A DNA stretch of 64,000 bases from Azolla caroliniana (Eukaryota > Plantae > Polypodiophyta): contig JBHGNT010000012.1 in the NCBI GenBank assembly GCA_043228905.1, forward strand, positions 5,890,001 through 5,954,000, given 5' to 3'. Shown piece after piece: positions 25,793-37,738 of this stretch. Numbering within the stretch: the stretch's first letter is position 1; each line of letters opens with the position of its first letter. Position numbers and translations under genes: made by a program. Below the pieces are notes generated by a model. It searched no databases. It saw only the letters and a program-made list of their open reading frames with translations, and had not been told where the DNA came from.

Positions 25793-28791
25793 AGGCTGGA
25801 CCGGTTTTCTCCGTCCCAACTCAATTTGGCGCATGCCGGTGGATGTGCGGTTAGGTGGGGGCGGATGTCGTGAAGAAAACCGTCCACAACCGGATTCGGT
25901 GCACCGGAGCGTAGGAACCGGCTCTTCATATACGTGCGCCTTATGTTGTACATAGAAGATCCTTGGTAGGTAGGAAGTTAATAGGAAACGGCTCCTTCCT
26001 TGCCTATAAAAGGAGGGAGACAAGTATGGGAGGGGGGATCGCAAAATAAGAGAGGACGAAGTGCTGTCGGATTGTGGGCCGAAGGCTTCTCTCTCTTCCA
26101 AACTCCATAGCTTCTTTCTGTGCAGGTTTCGGGAGGCTCGCGCTGCTCTGAGGAATGCCCGAGTGCTTCCGGCAGCACCTCCAACTTACTTCCTTCTTTC
26201 TGTGCGTTTACGAATAGGCATCAGCATCTGTTCGCCGGCCTGTTCGGTTGTAACCGACTTCGTGTTTTTGTTGTTTGTCTCTGTTAATATTCACATACAT
26301 TCCTTCGTGTCTCTCTGTGTTGGTTTCCCGCTCGCGTCTTTGTGTCGAAGGGTCGTGTCCCTGTGGATCTACGCTCGCACCTAGTGGACCTCTTTCCTTC
26401 TCCTTTCTCTCTTGCTCTTCGGTACAAGACCCCCGAGGTCCCGCCTCATTCCACGCATCCGCGAGGAATACCTCGACAGCGGTACGTAAGTGGCACTAAG
26501 GACCGAGGACTGATATATCGGACCGGTGCAGCCGTGCAGCTAGTCGGCTACACCGATGTTGATTGGGCTGGCAACGCCGCCGATCGCCGATCCACGTCTG
26601 GATACGCGTTCTCCCTCGGGAGTGCCGCGATCGCGTGGAGCAGTAAGAAGCAGCCGACAGTTGCACTGTCGAGCACCGAAGCTGAGTACCGAGGAGCGGC
26701 TGTCGCGACATGCGAAGCCATATGGTTGAAGCGGCTACTTAAGGACCTGCAAGAGGTGTCAGATCCGACGACGATCTACTGCGACAACCTCAGCAGCATC
26801 CAACTCGCGAAAAACCCCATTTTCCACGCACGGACCAAGCACATTGAGGTGAACGTCCTTTCCGGTGAAGTCGAACTTCAGTACGTTCTGACGGATCGGC
26901 AGACTGCGGACATCTTCACAAAGCCTCTTGGTCTGGACAAGTTGCGGCAATTCTCGGGTGTGCTCGGGTTGCGTCACCTCGACGTGCCGAACTTGAGGGG
27001 GAGAACAGTCCCGAACGACCAAGCAAGGCAGCAAGAAAGGAGCGGTGACCATGACACCGAGTCGGCTGACTCGTTTGTTGACTCGGTTGAAGACGGATCG
27101 GCTGAAGAAGCGGAGGGCGGACCCGCGGAAAAGTTTGGAAGAGGATAGAAGGGGAGCAACCAAAGGAGAGAGCTGAAGTCAACCACGCATAGGGGAGATG
27201 ACGCCATCGAGGGCGAGAAGACCGAAGACGAGTTGGAGACAGCCAACTCGGACGAGAGCGAAGACCGATCAGAGGAAGCCGAGTCGGTTCGGATGTTTGA
27301 TTCAAACACGCTGAATCAACCGAGGCCCAAGCGGAAGAAAAGGCAGTAGAAGAAGCGTCAACACCGCAACAACAGAAGAGCTGATGAGGGCCACATGAGC
27401 AGACAAGCCGACCGGAAGGGTCGAAGCGCGCGGAGTCGAACAGGTCGAGGAGCGCGAGCGAGGCGAGAAGCCAGGAGGAACCGGTGCTGTGAAGATCCCG
27501 AAGAGCCTCAAGTTGAGCTTGAGGGGGAGTGTTGAGAGACAAGCTCAACATCAGCCGAATCGGTTGAAGAAGCCGAGAACCAGATCGGTTGGGACCGATC
27601 GGTTAGGCCGAGTACATAAACCGGGAGGTCGTTAGGAAAGATATTCCGTGAGGAATATATTTGGGAGTTAGTGTAGGAGCTCTTAAATGAGCATTGAAGT
27701 ACTGTCAGTACTTCGGTCAGTCCTTCTAGGGCTTGTATAAAAGTGTTCATTGAGCACGTCTTATACACAGAGATTGAGTATTATTGTTGAATATAGTTTC
27801 TTGTGTTTCTCTCTCTGTCTCTCCCGCGTATACTATGTAAGCCTAAGCTCTCCATTGAACCTGAGTTTCCTTCCTCTGTTCTGTCTTCATACTTGCTTCC
27901 GCACGCTACTTTCTACAGGACCCGACACGGGGACCCTACTCACGCACATTGACGATAGACACACGACTCAAAGAAACAAAAAGGGAAAGGGAGCGACTCT
28001 GCTGGAAGCACACGGGCTGTCCACGAAGTAGAGGCAGCGACCTCCCGACACCCACAGAGAGCGATGATTCGCGTCCAAGAGAGAGAGCTCCCTCTTCCGT
28101 TCTGCAGCAACGCTTCCCTTCCTCCTCGCGCGCGATGCCTGTTTTCCCTTGTCCTCCTCCCTTTATTCCTTGTCCCTCTGACCGGGATACACATAATCCC
28201 CCCCTAATAAATGCGTGCGGCTTAGTATTTACGTCCACCGGTTCGTGTGCAAAATATCAAGTCACGCGTCCATCCGTGTAATGGCCGGTTTACGCGCTTT
28301 CTCTCTGATTCTCCCTATGGCTGGTTTTCTTCACGACAACGTGGAAAACCCTAAATGGTAAAACCCATGGGAGTCCACAGGCTCCTAACTATTACTATAT
28401 AAGAAAGGTACAAACAGAGACTCAGAGGCAACGGCCCCGAGCTCTATATCTTCCCCAGTCGGCGGTTACAACAGAGTATCACTATGTATCTCACTCTCAC
28501 TCTCTCTCTCTCTGTACAACAGTTATGCACATACAACAATATGACAACTACATCATCATCTGATTGCCCTAAGTCATATTTATATTATATGAACTTAGGG
28601 CTATTTACAAATATAGCCTCAATAGGCTTACTCAAAAAACATATTTACACATATGTCTTCTCATCCTGTTCTTACCGGGTCCATCCGATCCTTTTTCCGG
28701 ATCTCTTCCGGTTCTCATTGGGTCCTCTTTATTCATCACTAGATCCCATCCGGAGGGACCGATTTCCCAACAATCTCCCCCTTCACTCCGG

Positions 28792-29946
28792 TGTCGTGAA
28801 GATTTTCGGCAATGGTGTGAAAATCGCATAAAACATATGAAATTGAGTATGAATCATTTAAAACAATAATAGTGAAAATACTATTTTAAATAAGTTTAAT
28901 ATCTTAGTACAAAAAGATGGAGGTTTTCAAGAGCTTTCGAATGCACTTTACTACATAAGAAACGTACATCTAAGTCTCAAGTTATGTGGGTAGGAAGTTT
29001 GCAAAGGAAAAGAGAAAGATAAAATTGTGAGATATCCTACATAGACAGGACAAATAAGGATCTTACCATATATAAGGCAGAGCAAAAGCTATTATCTTTG
29101 TGTCTATGTATGGAGCATAGAGAGGTCAAGGTGACTTGAACTAAGCTTATTGGATGAGTGGGTGTGGCTTAGCTACTTGTAAAAGTTTTTGGCCAACCAA
29201 AACCGGCGGCCGGTGACCGGCAAGCAACTCAGGATGCGGACTGGGCCGGACCAAACAAATGCAAATCGGACGGATCGGTCGGGTCTGTTGATTGCGGTGC
29301 ATGGTGTCTTGTGCATAAAAGAAAAGGATGTAAGCAAGACTCGAACTTTGCACCTCCAAGATAGAAAACAATAAGCTTACCATTAAGCCAAATCATTTCT
29401 TTCGGGATTATATTTTTTTCATTATAACTTTACATGTAAATTCTCATATTAGAGCTTGATTGAATGACATGTGATGCATGAGCGCCAAATGGCAAACATC
29501 CATCACATGCATTCCATGCATTGTATGCATGTCTTGTACCCTCACATGCATCATATGCATGGGAGCATCTATAAAAGGGTGGATGAAAAAGATCAAAGGG
29601 GGAGCTATGTATTAATCAAGAAATTAAAAGTAAGAAATTCGTTATCCAATTGATGTATCAATTTTGTTCTTCTAATCTAAAGTCAAGAGTTCAATCTTAA
29701 TCTCTCTCAATCTAAAGTCAAGAGTTCAATCTTAATCTCTCTCAATCTAAAGTCAACCGTTCTATCTTATCTCAATCTTAATCTCTCTCAATCTAAAGTC
29801 AAGCATTCTATCTTATCTCAATCTCTCTCTCTCGATCTATCTTTAATCCTTTCTTGCTAAAGCTAGTGCGTACTTTGAGTCCTTCCTGTCCAGAACACCA
29901 GTGGTTCCGCCTCACGATCCGCACGTAATGACTGATCTTCACGACA
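28792..29946 (+). mobile_element. Solo LTR (1155 bp) related to the G clade, inserted 8 bp from the PPT of C
   Basis: 12-bp terminal inverted repeat TGTCGTGAAGAT/ATCTTCACGACA; flanks CCGG / TCGG (4-bp TSD, one C>T); 3' end resembles the G-clade LTR end (TCCAGAACACCAGTGGTTCCGCC). Confidence 0.8.
29672..29825 (+). repeat. ~35-bp tandem repeat within the solo LTR
   Basis: AATCTAAAGTCAAGAGTTCAATCTTAATCTCTCTC, about 4 copies with variants. Confidence 0.85.
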
Positions 29947-30187
29947 TCGGCATGGGATGTCTTGTCAGCCCGATCCGCTTTCAGCATGCGTTCAGCTTAT
30001 CGATTGTCAAGACCTTGGTCAGCATGTCGACCCGTTCTCCTCCGTGTGGATCTTCATCAACACGAACTCTTGATCTTCTACTCTCTCCCGGATCCAATGG
30101 TACCTCTCCTGGATATGTTTCGTCTGGGAATGGTAGGCTGCATTCTTTGCAAGGTGGATGGCACTTTGACTATCGCAGTAGAGCCGG

Positions 30188-33100
30188 TGTCGCGTTGTTA
30201 CGCGCGTGCATGGATAACAAGGCGGGACCACTGGGGTCTTGGACCGAGGAATAGGTGAGAAAAAGGGAGAGAGAGAGAGACACACACACACGCTCTCACA
30301 CGTATAGACAAAGAAGCGCACGGGAACGCGGCCCAACAACACAGGAGACACGAGTTGAATGAGGAATAGAGTATAAGAACACCAGTGTACGTATATAAAT
30401 ATATGTATGTAGACGACGCGAACGGTTACAACCGATCAGGTCGGCTAGATGGATACCGACGCCTTATCACCCACGCGCGCAGGGGAGCAAGATGGAGATT
30501 CTACCGGAAGCACACGGGCGTTCCACGGAGCAAAATCAGCCTCTCGAGAACTTGCGCAAAAGAAAGCTATGGAGAACGACAGGGAAGAGGAGCTCGGTCC
30601 CAGTCCGAAAGCACCTCGTCCCCTCTCGCGCGCGATACCTTCTCTCCCCGTCTCCCTCTCTTTTATATTTCAAGGAGGGAAACCGTTTTCACCCGTTTAC
30701 ATCACATTAATTCTCTGTCCTTTCGGACAGAGATACTCCTCGATTCTCCCTATAGAATATTGCTACCTAGGATTTGACTTTTGTGCCTACCTATCTATTA
30801 TACAACAAGGGGCGTGACCACGTGTAAGGGCCGGTTCACACACGCTATACACGGTTTGCGCCTGGGGACAGTTTTCTTCACGACATCCGCCCCCACCTAA
30901 CCGCGCATCCACCAGTATGCGCCAAATTTGGGTTCCTACTGGAGAAAACCGGTCCTTGCTTTTATTCCTCGTTTACCGGTTCATCCTCCGCCTCGGGCTG
31001 CTCGTCGTTGCTATCCATGCCCCCTAGCTCTGGCTCACCATTGTGTCGTTTCTTGAACGCTTTGATCCTCTTCCCCGCTACCGGTATCGCCATTTTCGTA
31101 CCGTCGAGCTCCGCGAGATGGTACGTCCCATTGTCGTTGGCGCCTGTTACTACGTAAGGCCCGAACCACCTCCTCGCAAACTTCCGCGTGGCCCTGTGCT
31201 GATTGTCGAGGTTGCTGTCGTAGACTAGCACCCAGTCGCCTTCCTCGATCTTCCTTGGCCGGAGCCGGTGTGTTCGGTCGAACCGGGATTTGTTCCTTAT
31301 CCTCGCTACCCGAAGTTTCTCCGTGGCTCGCTCTACGTCCTCCGGCCTCCGCTCGAGCTGTCGAATCCGCGCCGCCAACAGTTCCTCCCGGCTCATCTCA
31401 TCCCTCCAGTCCATTGTAGCCCACGAGGGGATCGTTCGCTCTGTTGGCATGATCGGCTTCTGTCCGAACATAAGCTCTGCCAGCATGAACCCGGTTACCG
31501 AACTGTGCATAGTCCGGTCCGCCCACAAGGCATAAGGTAGCAGTCGTGGCCAGTTCCCGATTTGGCCTCACACGCCCGTACTAGCGCTTTGACAATCGGC
31601 CCGTGTCCACGCTCTACCTTCCCGTTCGCCTCCGGATTGTACGCTGTGGTGAGCGAAAGTTTGACTCCTAGCCAGTCGAACAACTCTTCGGCCTCTTCTG
31701 CGTCCAACTCACCACGGTCAGCCACGATCTTCCCTACGCACCCGTATCGACATATCACGTCCTCAATCAAAAACCGGCACACGGCTGCAGTCGTCTTGTT
31801 CTGTAGGGCTCGGCCTTCAACCTGGTTCGTTAGATCCTCCCGAGCCAGCACCAGATCCCGCATCTGTCCTACCCCCATTGGCATCGTCACCAAATCCACC
31901 ATCCACTTGAAGTGGACGATCAGAGGGTAGGTCGGGTGAAGCTCGTCCCGGTGTCGGATCATGGAGTGTACCTAACAGCTTTCGCAAGTCGTCACGAACC
32001 GATGCACGTCCCGGTATAGTCCCGGCCACCAGTACTTCCCCTTTAGCTTTTCGAACGTGGCCCACGTTCCACGGTGTCCAGTCCAAGGACTATCGTGGTA
32101 CGTCGCCAGCAAATCCTCCTGTTCCTCCTTCTTCGCCACCACTCGGAGCGGGATGTCGTTCCTCTTCTTCGGGTGCTTCCATATGTACCCGTCCCGGAGA
32201 AAGAATCGGTACGCTTTCTTCCGAATCCGGTTGGCCTCATCCCTTGTCCATGTCGCGTCCGGTGTCATTGTTTTCAGGAACCCGCCGATCTGCAGCCACT
32301 CCCCGTTGTACTTGTTCTGGATTCAGGAACTTGATGTACGCTATCCACCTGAGCATTGCCAAGTCCGGCGTCGCGCATCCGGAAACCATGCCAAGAATTG
32401 GCAGGCAATCCGTCTCGATAATTACCTCTGTCCCGATCAGGTAGTCTTTATCGGCCTTCACCACCGAAACGATACCCCAGAGCTCGCGTTTAAACTGGGC
32501 GTATCCTCGCTGTCGCTCGCCGAACCGGATCAGGAAACGCATGCCATCCTCGTCCTCTTGGTTGACGACCCATCCGATCCCGGTCGGACTCGTGTCTACC
32601 GTTACGTAAATTGGAGTGCTCTTTCCATAGACAGTCTTTCGGAGCGCCGGAGCCGTGGCAAGTGCTTCCTTCATCTTCCGGACAGACTCTGTATGATCGT
32701 CTCTCCACTCGAATTTTCGCCCCTTTCTCAACAACCCGTATAGCGGCTCCGCGACGTGGGCATAATGCGGGATCCATATGTGGTAGAACGCGCATGCTCC
32801 CAAGAACCTCCAAACCTCCGTGACCGAGCTACAGTTGTGCTTCATCGTGGAGATGGCTTCTACCTTAGCCGGAGACGGTTTCTGGCCGTACGACCCGCAT
32901 AGGTGTCCGACGACCATGATCTCTGATTGCCCGAAGGCCGATTTTTCCCCGGAGAAGGTGAGCCTCGCGCCCTCTAACCTCTGCAACACCTTTTCGCAGT
33001 CATCGATGTGCATCGCCACGAATTTCCGGCACCCGTCCGATCCGATCATCTCATCCTTTTCCTCCACCGGGCATCCCTTGATCGGGACATCGTCCAAAAA

Positions 33101-36100
33101 CGGCATGGTGATGTCCGGGATACAATCCCTCAGTACCTTGTTCATTGCATTCACCATGTGAGCCACCGAGTTCGTCCCTCCTTGCAGTAGGGTACACATC
33201 CGTACTAGGCCAAGAGGAGTTCGCATTGTTGTGATGTCTCTGCTCTCTATGGCTAGCTGGAACTGATCGTACCCCGAGTACAGATCACCGACCGAGTAAA
33301 TCGACCTTCCGGCGAAGGCCTCCGCGAACTCGTCTATTGTCGGTCCGATTCCTGCGTTTCGAATGGTCACCTTGTTGACCGGCTGCAGGTCTTGAATAAA
33401 GCGCAGCGTGCCGTCCTTCTTCAGCACGGTAAACCACTGATTCGAGTATGGGACACTCGACGGTTCGAGGATGCCCATTTCGACCTTTTGCTTTAATAGC
33501 TCCATCAGCTTCGGGATGTGAGCTCTTGGTACTGGAATCGGTTTGAGACTCCACGGCACATGCGGTACCGTGAATATCACCATCGGTTCCACGACTGTCG
33601 GGTCTACACACCCGATCTCCTCCGGTGAGAATGCGGAAGCCTTCCCGTGCCTTCCGAGCATTCCCCGAAACAGGTCCTCTTCCGCCAGCAATAGGAAGCC
33701 GCCCCCACCGATTTTGAGCTCACGTAGCGTTATGTCGGTGAACGTGTGTCCTACGCGGGCCGGATTTCATAAACTCGGGTCCGACGCAACCCCCTTCATT
33801 CGCAACTCGCTGCCCTCTGGCAAGGGAGCCGCGACTGGCCTCACCTTCCGGTCAACAGTCTTGTACCTCGTGTCCACCTGGGCCGTCCGATCAGACTCGA
33901 ACCCCTTTCTGAAGTCCGCGATGACTTTGTACATCCTTTCCGAACATACCGGAATCGTCCAATCCTCTTTAAGGACTCCTCCGACTACCTTCCGCAGCTC
34001 CCCCAAGGTATCGTCGAAAGAGACCGCCTCCACGGCTCCGTTGATTTCCTCTCCAAGGCCGAGGATACCACATGCCCGAAGTCGCTCCTCCGCCCTTCTC
34101 TTCTTCCGGCCAACGACGTCGACCATCATACACCCTCCGTTGTCGGAGAACCAAAATTTCCCAGAGTACAGGTCTTCTTCGCTATTGTACACTTGTGGGG
34201 TTTTCCCGGAGTGTCCGGACTATCGCGGCCCCACGCCTTGATAGCCCTCTCTAAAAATCCTCTCAGCTTTCGCCCTCGAGGGTCTCGCGGTTCCGCTCAT
34301 GGTTCGATCTCACCGTCAAGAACTGGACCGAGTGACGCCCATCCTGGCTCTTGACCCTTGCATAGGCCGAGCCGTTGTCCAGCACCTTGGTCTCCATCCG
34401 TGTTGCCGTGATGTACGGTTCTCCTAATATAACCGGATGTGAGGACATCTCCTGCACGAAGAAGTGTTGGTCAATCTCGACATCGCCGATCTTTACTCGT
34501 ACATTCGGACAGGCTCCATGCAGTTCTTCGGTGGCACGCGTCGCTACCCGTATTTTCCACTCGTGCTTGGTGTTGATCGGCCATTTCCCCTTCTTGTAGA
34601 AGTCCATGGACATCAAATTGATTTCTAAACCGTGGTCCACCAATGCCACCACCGGTTCATGAACATCTCTGATCTTCACGGGGGTCTCCGTGGTCGCTCT
34701 GGCCCAGTGCGGCCTCGAATAGTGGCTCTCCGCCAACTCTTCTTCTAGTGCCATGTCCTCTATGTGCGTCGTCCGCACTTCCACCGGCTTCTCGGGTTCC
34801 GTCTCCGTCGACGGCCTCTTCCTCTTCACCAAGTCTACGATGGAGTCGTGGAACTCCTTCTTGGCGATCCCGAGCACTTCCCTCAGCAATAGTTCCACCT
34901 TGTTGTCGAGGATTCGCTCTTCCAGGACCTTTCGCAGGTCCGTGGATCTTTCGATTTCTGTGCCCAGCCGGTACCCGCCCTTCTTGGGATTATCCTGGGC
35001 GCCGGTTACACCGGCCTCATTCCGCCTTTGCCCGAATCGGGTTTCATATCGTTGCGAGGGCCCGGCCCCTCCGGTTTTCCCTACCCACTTGTCCTCCACC
35101 AGAGCCTCATAGTTTTGACAAGCGGCTTCGACAAAGCCCGTCTTTTCTTCCACCGGGTCACTCCACCCGGTTACCTCCCGGACCCGTTTTTCCGCGCGGT
35201 CCGCCTCTTCTTTCCTTAGTCGTGCGCCAGCGAGGCCTTCTAGCATCATTGGCCAAAACCCGGCTTTGTTCGTCTTCGGGGCCTCGCCACCTCCGACGCC
35301 GAATAGTGGACGGTCTCCGCGTGACGAGCCACCGCCTCCTCCATCAGCCTTTTCATACCTCCTCGCCCGACGTTTAGGTCCAGGGGCCTTCGGGTTTCGC
35401 TGGCGTGCACCCGACCGTTCCATCGGTACACCACGTTGCTTCTCATCGCCTCGGCGAAGTCCCCGCAGTCCTTCCAGATTGGCCAACCGCGTCACACCAC
35501 ATGCACCTGTTTCCAGCCAGAGGTCGTCGGTCACGGGCCTGTTCGCCACCGTCCCTCCGTGCCTGGGCGATCTGGAGATCTTTTACCATCCGCGTCAGTT
35601 CCTCCAGAGCTGCTCCCCCGGGCGAGCCCTTGACCATGCTAGTTGAAGCCGATCCGGTCTCGAGCCAATCTCGGGTCTCTTCCCTTCGCATTGGTGGTGT
35701 TGGCTCGAGCTTCCTTGCTGTGACAGAGCCCGCCCCTGTCGATCCTTTGTCAACCCATTCCCGCCGTTTGTCGAAACGGCCACAGACCCTCTTCACCAGG
35801 GCCCAGTCGGTCGTCAACCCGTCATCAGTCTCCAATAGGAGGCCTACTTGCTCCCGATCCCGCTCGTCAACTGACTTAACAAACAATAGGACACGACTTG
35901 TGTCCAGAATGGTCCGGTTAAGCACCGAGAGGCGCGCGAAGCGTTCCTCAAACTCCCGGAGGAGCACCGACGCGTTCATTCCTTTGTTGGGGGTCTCCAC
36001 CCACTCCATGAAGTCCCGCTTTGAAAGTCGAAGTGCATCTTCAAGCCCGTATTTTTCGAGGAGCCGACCTTCGAACTCCTCCCAGGTCCGGCTCTCGGCC

Positions 36101-37093
36101 CGTACCTCGAGCACCTCCGTATGGATGCCTGGCAACACCACTCGAGGGAATCCGGCTAGACGCCTCTCTTCCGGAATGTCCCTCATTACCATCTCAACCC
36201 GGTAGGACGCCAAGTAGCCCGTGGCATCCTTCCCACTAAACCGGCCAATCGTACCGACAACCGCCTCGATATCCCTATCAAGGGCGTCAGTGCCTTCGCG
36301 CGCTCACTATACAGTCCACAGCCGAAGCCATGGCTTCTGCGAGGTCCGACCCCCTCATCTTCTACTCCTCTACCGCCTGTTCACGTCGGGTTCACCAAAT
36401 ATATGTCGCGTTGTTACGCGCGTGCGTGGAGAACAAGGCGGGACCACTGGGGTCTTGGACCGAGGAATAGGTGAGAAAAAGGGAGAGAGAGAGAGACACG
36501 CTCTCACACGTATAGACAAAGAAGCGCACGGGAACGCGGCCCAACAACACAGGAGACACGAGTTGAACGGGGAATAGAGTATAAGAACACTAGTGTACGT
36601 ATATAAATATATGTATGCAGACGACGCGAATGGTTACAACCGATCAGGTCGGCTAGATGGATACCGACGCCTTATCACCCACGCACGCAAGGGAGCAAGA
36701 TGGAGATTCTGCCGGAAGCACACGGGCGTTCCACGGAGCAGAATCAGCCTCTCGAGAACCTGCGCAAAAGAAAGCTATGGAGAACGACGGGGAAGAGGAG
36801 CTCGGTCCCAATCCGATAGCACTTCGTCCCCTCTCGCGCGCGATACCTTCTCTCCCCGTCTCCCTCTCTTTTATATTTCAAGGAGGGAGACCGTTTTCAC
36901 CCGTTTACATCACATTAATTCTCTGTCCTTTCGGACAGAGATACTCCTCGATTCTCCCTATAGAATATTGCTACCTAGGATTTGACTTTTGTGCCTACCT
37001 ATCTATTATACAACAAGGGGCGTGCCCACGTGTAAGGGCCGGTTCACACACGCTATACACGGTTTGCGCCTGGGGACGGTTTTCTTCACAACA
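30188..37093 (-). mobile_element. Ty3/Gypsy element G3 (6906 bp), inserted in the RNase H of C; LTRs 30188-30885 and 36404-37093; coding region 30962-~36360 disrupted
   Basis: Paired ~690-bp LTRs, 4-bp TSD CCGG (30184-30187 / 37094-37097), perfect tRNA-Trp PBS 36380-36397, same protein motifs as G1/G2, internal deletion near 32315. Confidence 0.95.
36380..36397 (-). promoter_or_regulatory. tRNA-Trp primer-binding site of G3
   Basis: Plus strand reads TTCACGTCGGGTTCACCA, the 3' 18 nt of plant cytosolic tRNA-Trp as I recall it; one-mismatch copies in G1 and G2. Confidence 0.85.
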
Positions 37094-37327
37094 CCGGTAT
37101 TCCTCCTTTTGGATTCCTAGCTCTCCGATGAAGTCCTTTATCCTAATTATCTCCTTGTCGGCTTCTACAGCTGCCATGTACTCCGCCCCTGTGTGTCATG
37201 ATAACACTCACATCATGCATCAAAAGGATCATGGCACTCACATTATGAATCGAAAGGATTTAAACCCACGACCTTGTTGTACACATGTCAAATCCTTAAC
37301 CATTGTATTAATATTCTTATATGTATA

Positions 37328-37506
37328 GTCTCTAGAATATGAAATCTAATATCATAGGAATATTCTATATTACTCTACATTCTAGAATGACCTAGAATAT
37401 TCTAGAGTGTTCTATACCACTAGAACCTTCTAGAATACTCTAGAGATCTTCTAGATTACTCTACATTCTAGGATAACCTTGAATATTCTAGAGTGTTCTC
37501 TATTAC
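37328..37506 (+). repeat. TCTAGA-rich tandem/palindromic repeat block in chromovirus LTR U3 (also 42506-42685)
   Basis: Repeated TACTCTACATTCTAG..AATATTCTAGAGTGTTCT units ~85 bp apart, just upstream of TATAAATA (37508-37515). Confidence 0.8.
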
Positions 37507-37738
37507 TTATAAATAAGGATCTACCACCCATCCCAAACCTAAATTGGTTCAACGCCATTTTGTAGCCTACTCTTTGTAATCCATTTTACACTTCAATATA
37601 ATAATTCTCTTTCTATCTCTTTTTCTCTCTTTCTCTCTCTCAGTCTTGACAGTTTGAACCAATTTTTTCCTTTCATCTCTTCGTCTTCCACAAATTCTAA
37701 CAAGTTCTCTTCTTCCTTCTCCTCTCCTCTCGTAAGCT

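Larger units (their letters stand above)
19607..26478 (+). mobile_element. Ty3/Gypsy element G2 (6872 bp, best-preserved copy), inserted at the RT/RNase H junction of D; LTRs 19607-20219 and 25866-26478
   Basis: 613-bp LTRs TGTCGTGAAG...CTCGACA (about 17 differences by eye), 4-bp TSD GCGG (19603-19606 / 26479-26482), PBS TGGTGAACCCCACGTGAA 20223-20240, PPT GGTGGGGGCGGA. Confidence 0.95.
15877..27535 (+). pseudogene. Gag-Pol of Copia D with stops and frameshifts, split by G2 at 19607-26478
   Basis: EKLDRTNYASW, CWYCGKKGHKESEC, WYVDSGASNHM, IHSDVWGP..FIDD, QNGVAERKN, LLYVDDL, then after G2 YTDVDWAG..RRSTSG..SSTEAEYR..YCDN..RTKHIEV..ADIFTK. Confidence 0.9.
15417..27917 (+). mobile_element. Full-length Ty1/Copia element D (~5.6 kb native), inserted in the 5' LTR of G1; LTRs 15417-15804 and 27530-27917
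   Basis: 388-bp LTRs TGTTGAG...CTACA (about 12 differences by eye), TSD GGACC (15412-15416 / 27918-27922), PBS TGGTATCAGAGC 15805-15816, PPT GAGGGGGAG 27521-27529. Confidence 0.95.
8885..28338 (-). mobile_element. Ty3/Gypsy element G1 (~6.95 kb native), inserted in the 3' LTR of C; 3' LTR 8885-9517, 5' LTR 15202-15416 + 27923-28338 (split by Copia D)
   Basis: Paired ~633-bp LTRs, 4-bp TSD ACGT (8881-8884 / 28339-28342), tRNA-Trp PBS 15180-15197, PPT next to 9517. Confidence 0.95.

Noticed and set aside
29672-29825. CRISPR-like appearance of ~35-bp repeats (also 49040-49250)
   Set aside because: Head-to-tail repeats with no unique spacers, inside eukaryotic LTRs, and no cas genes
28792-29946. 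Interpretation as a MITE or DNA transposon because of the 12-bp TIR
   Set aside because: TG...CA ends, shared G-clade terminal motifs and a 4-bp TSD fit a solo LTR better
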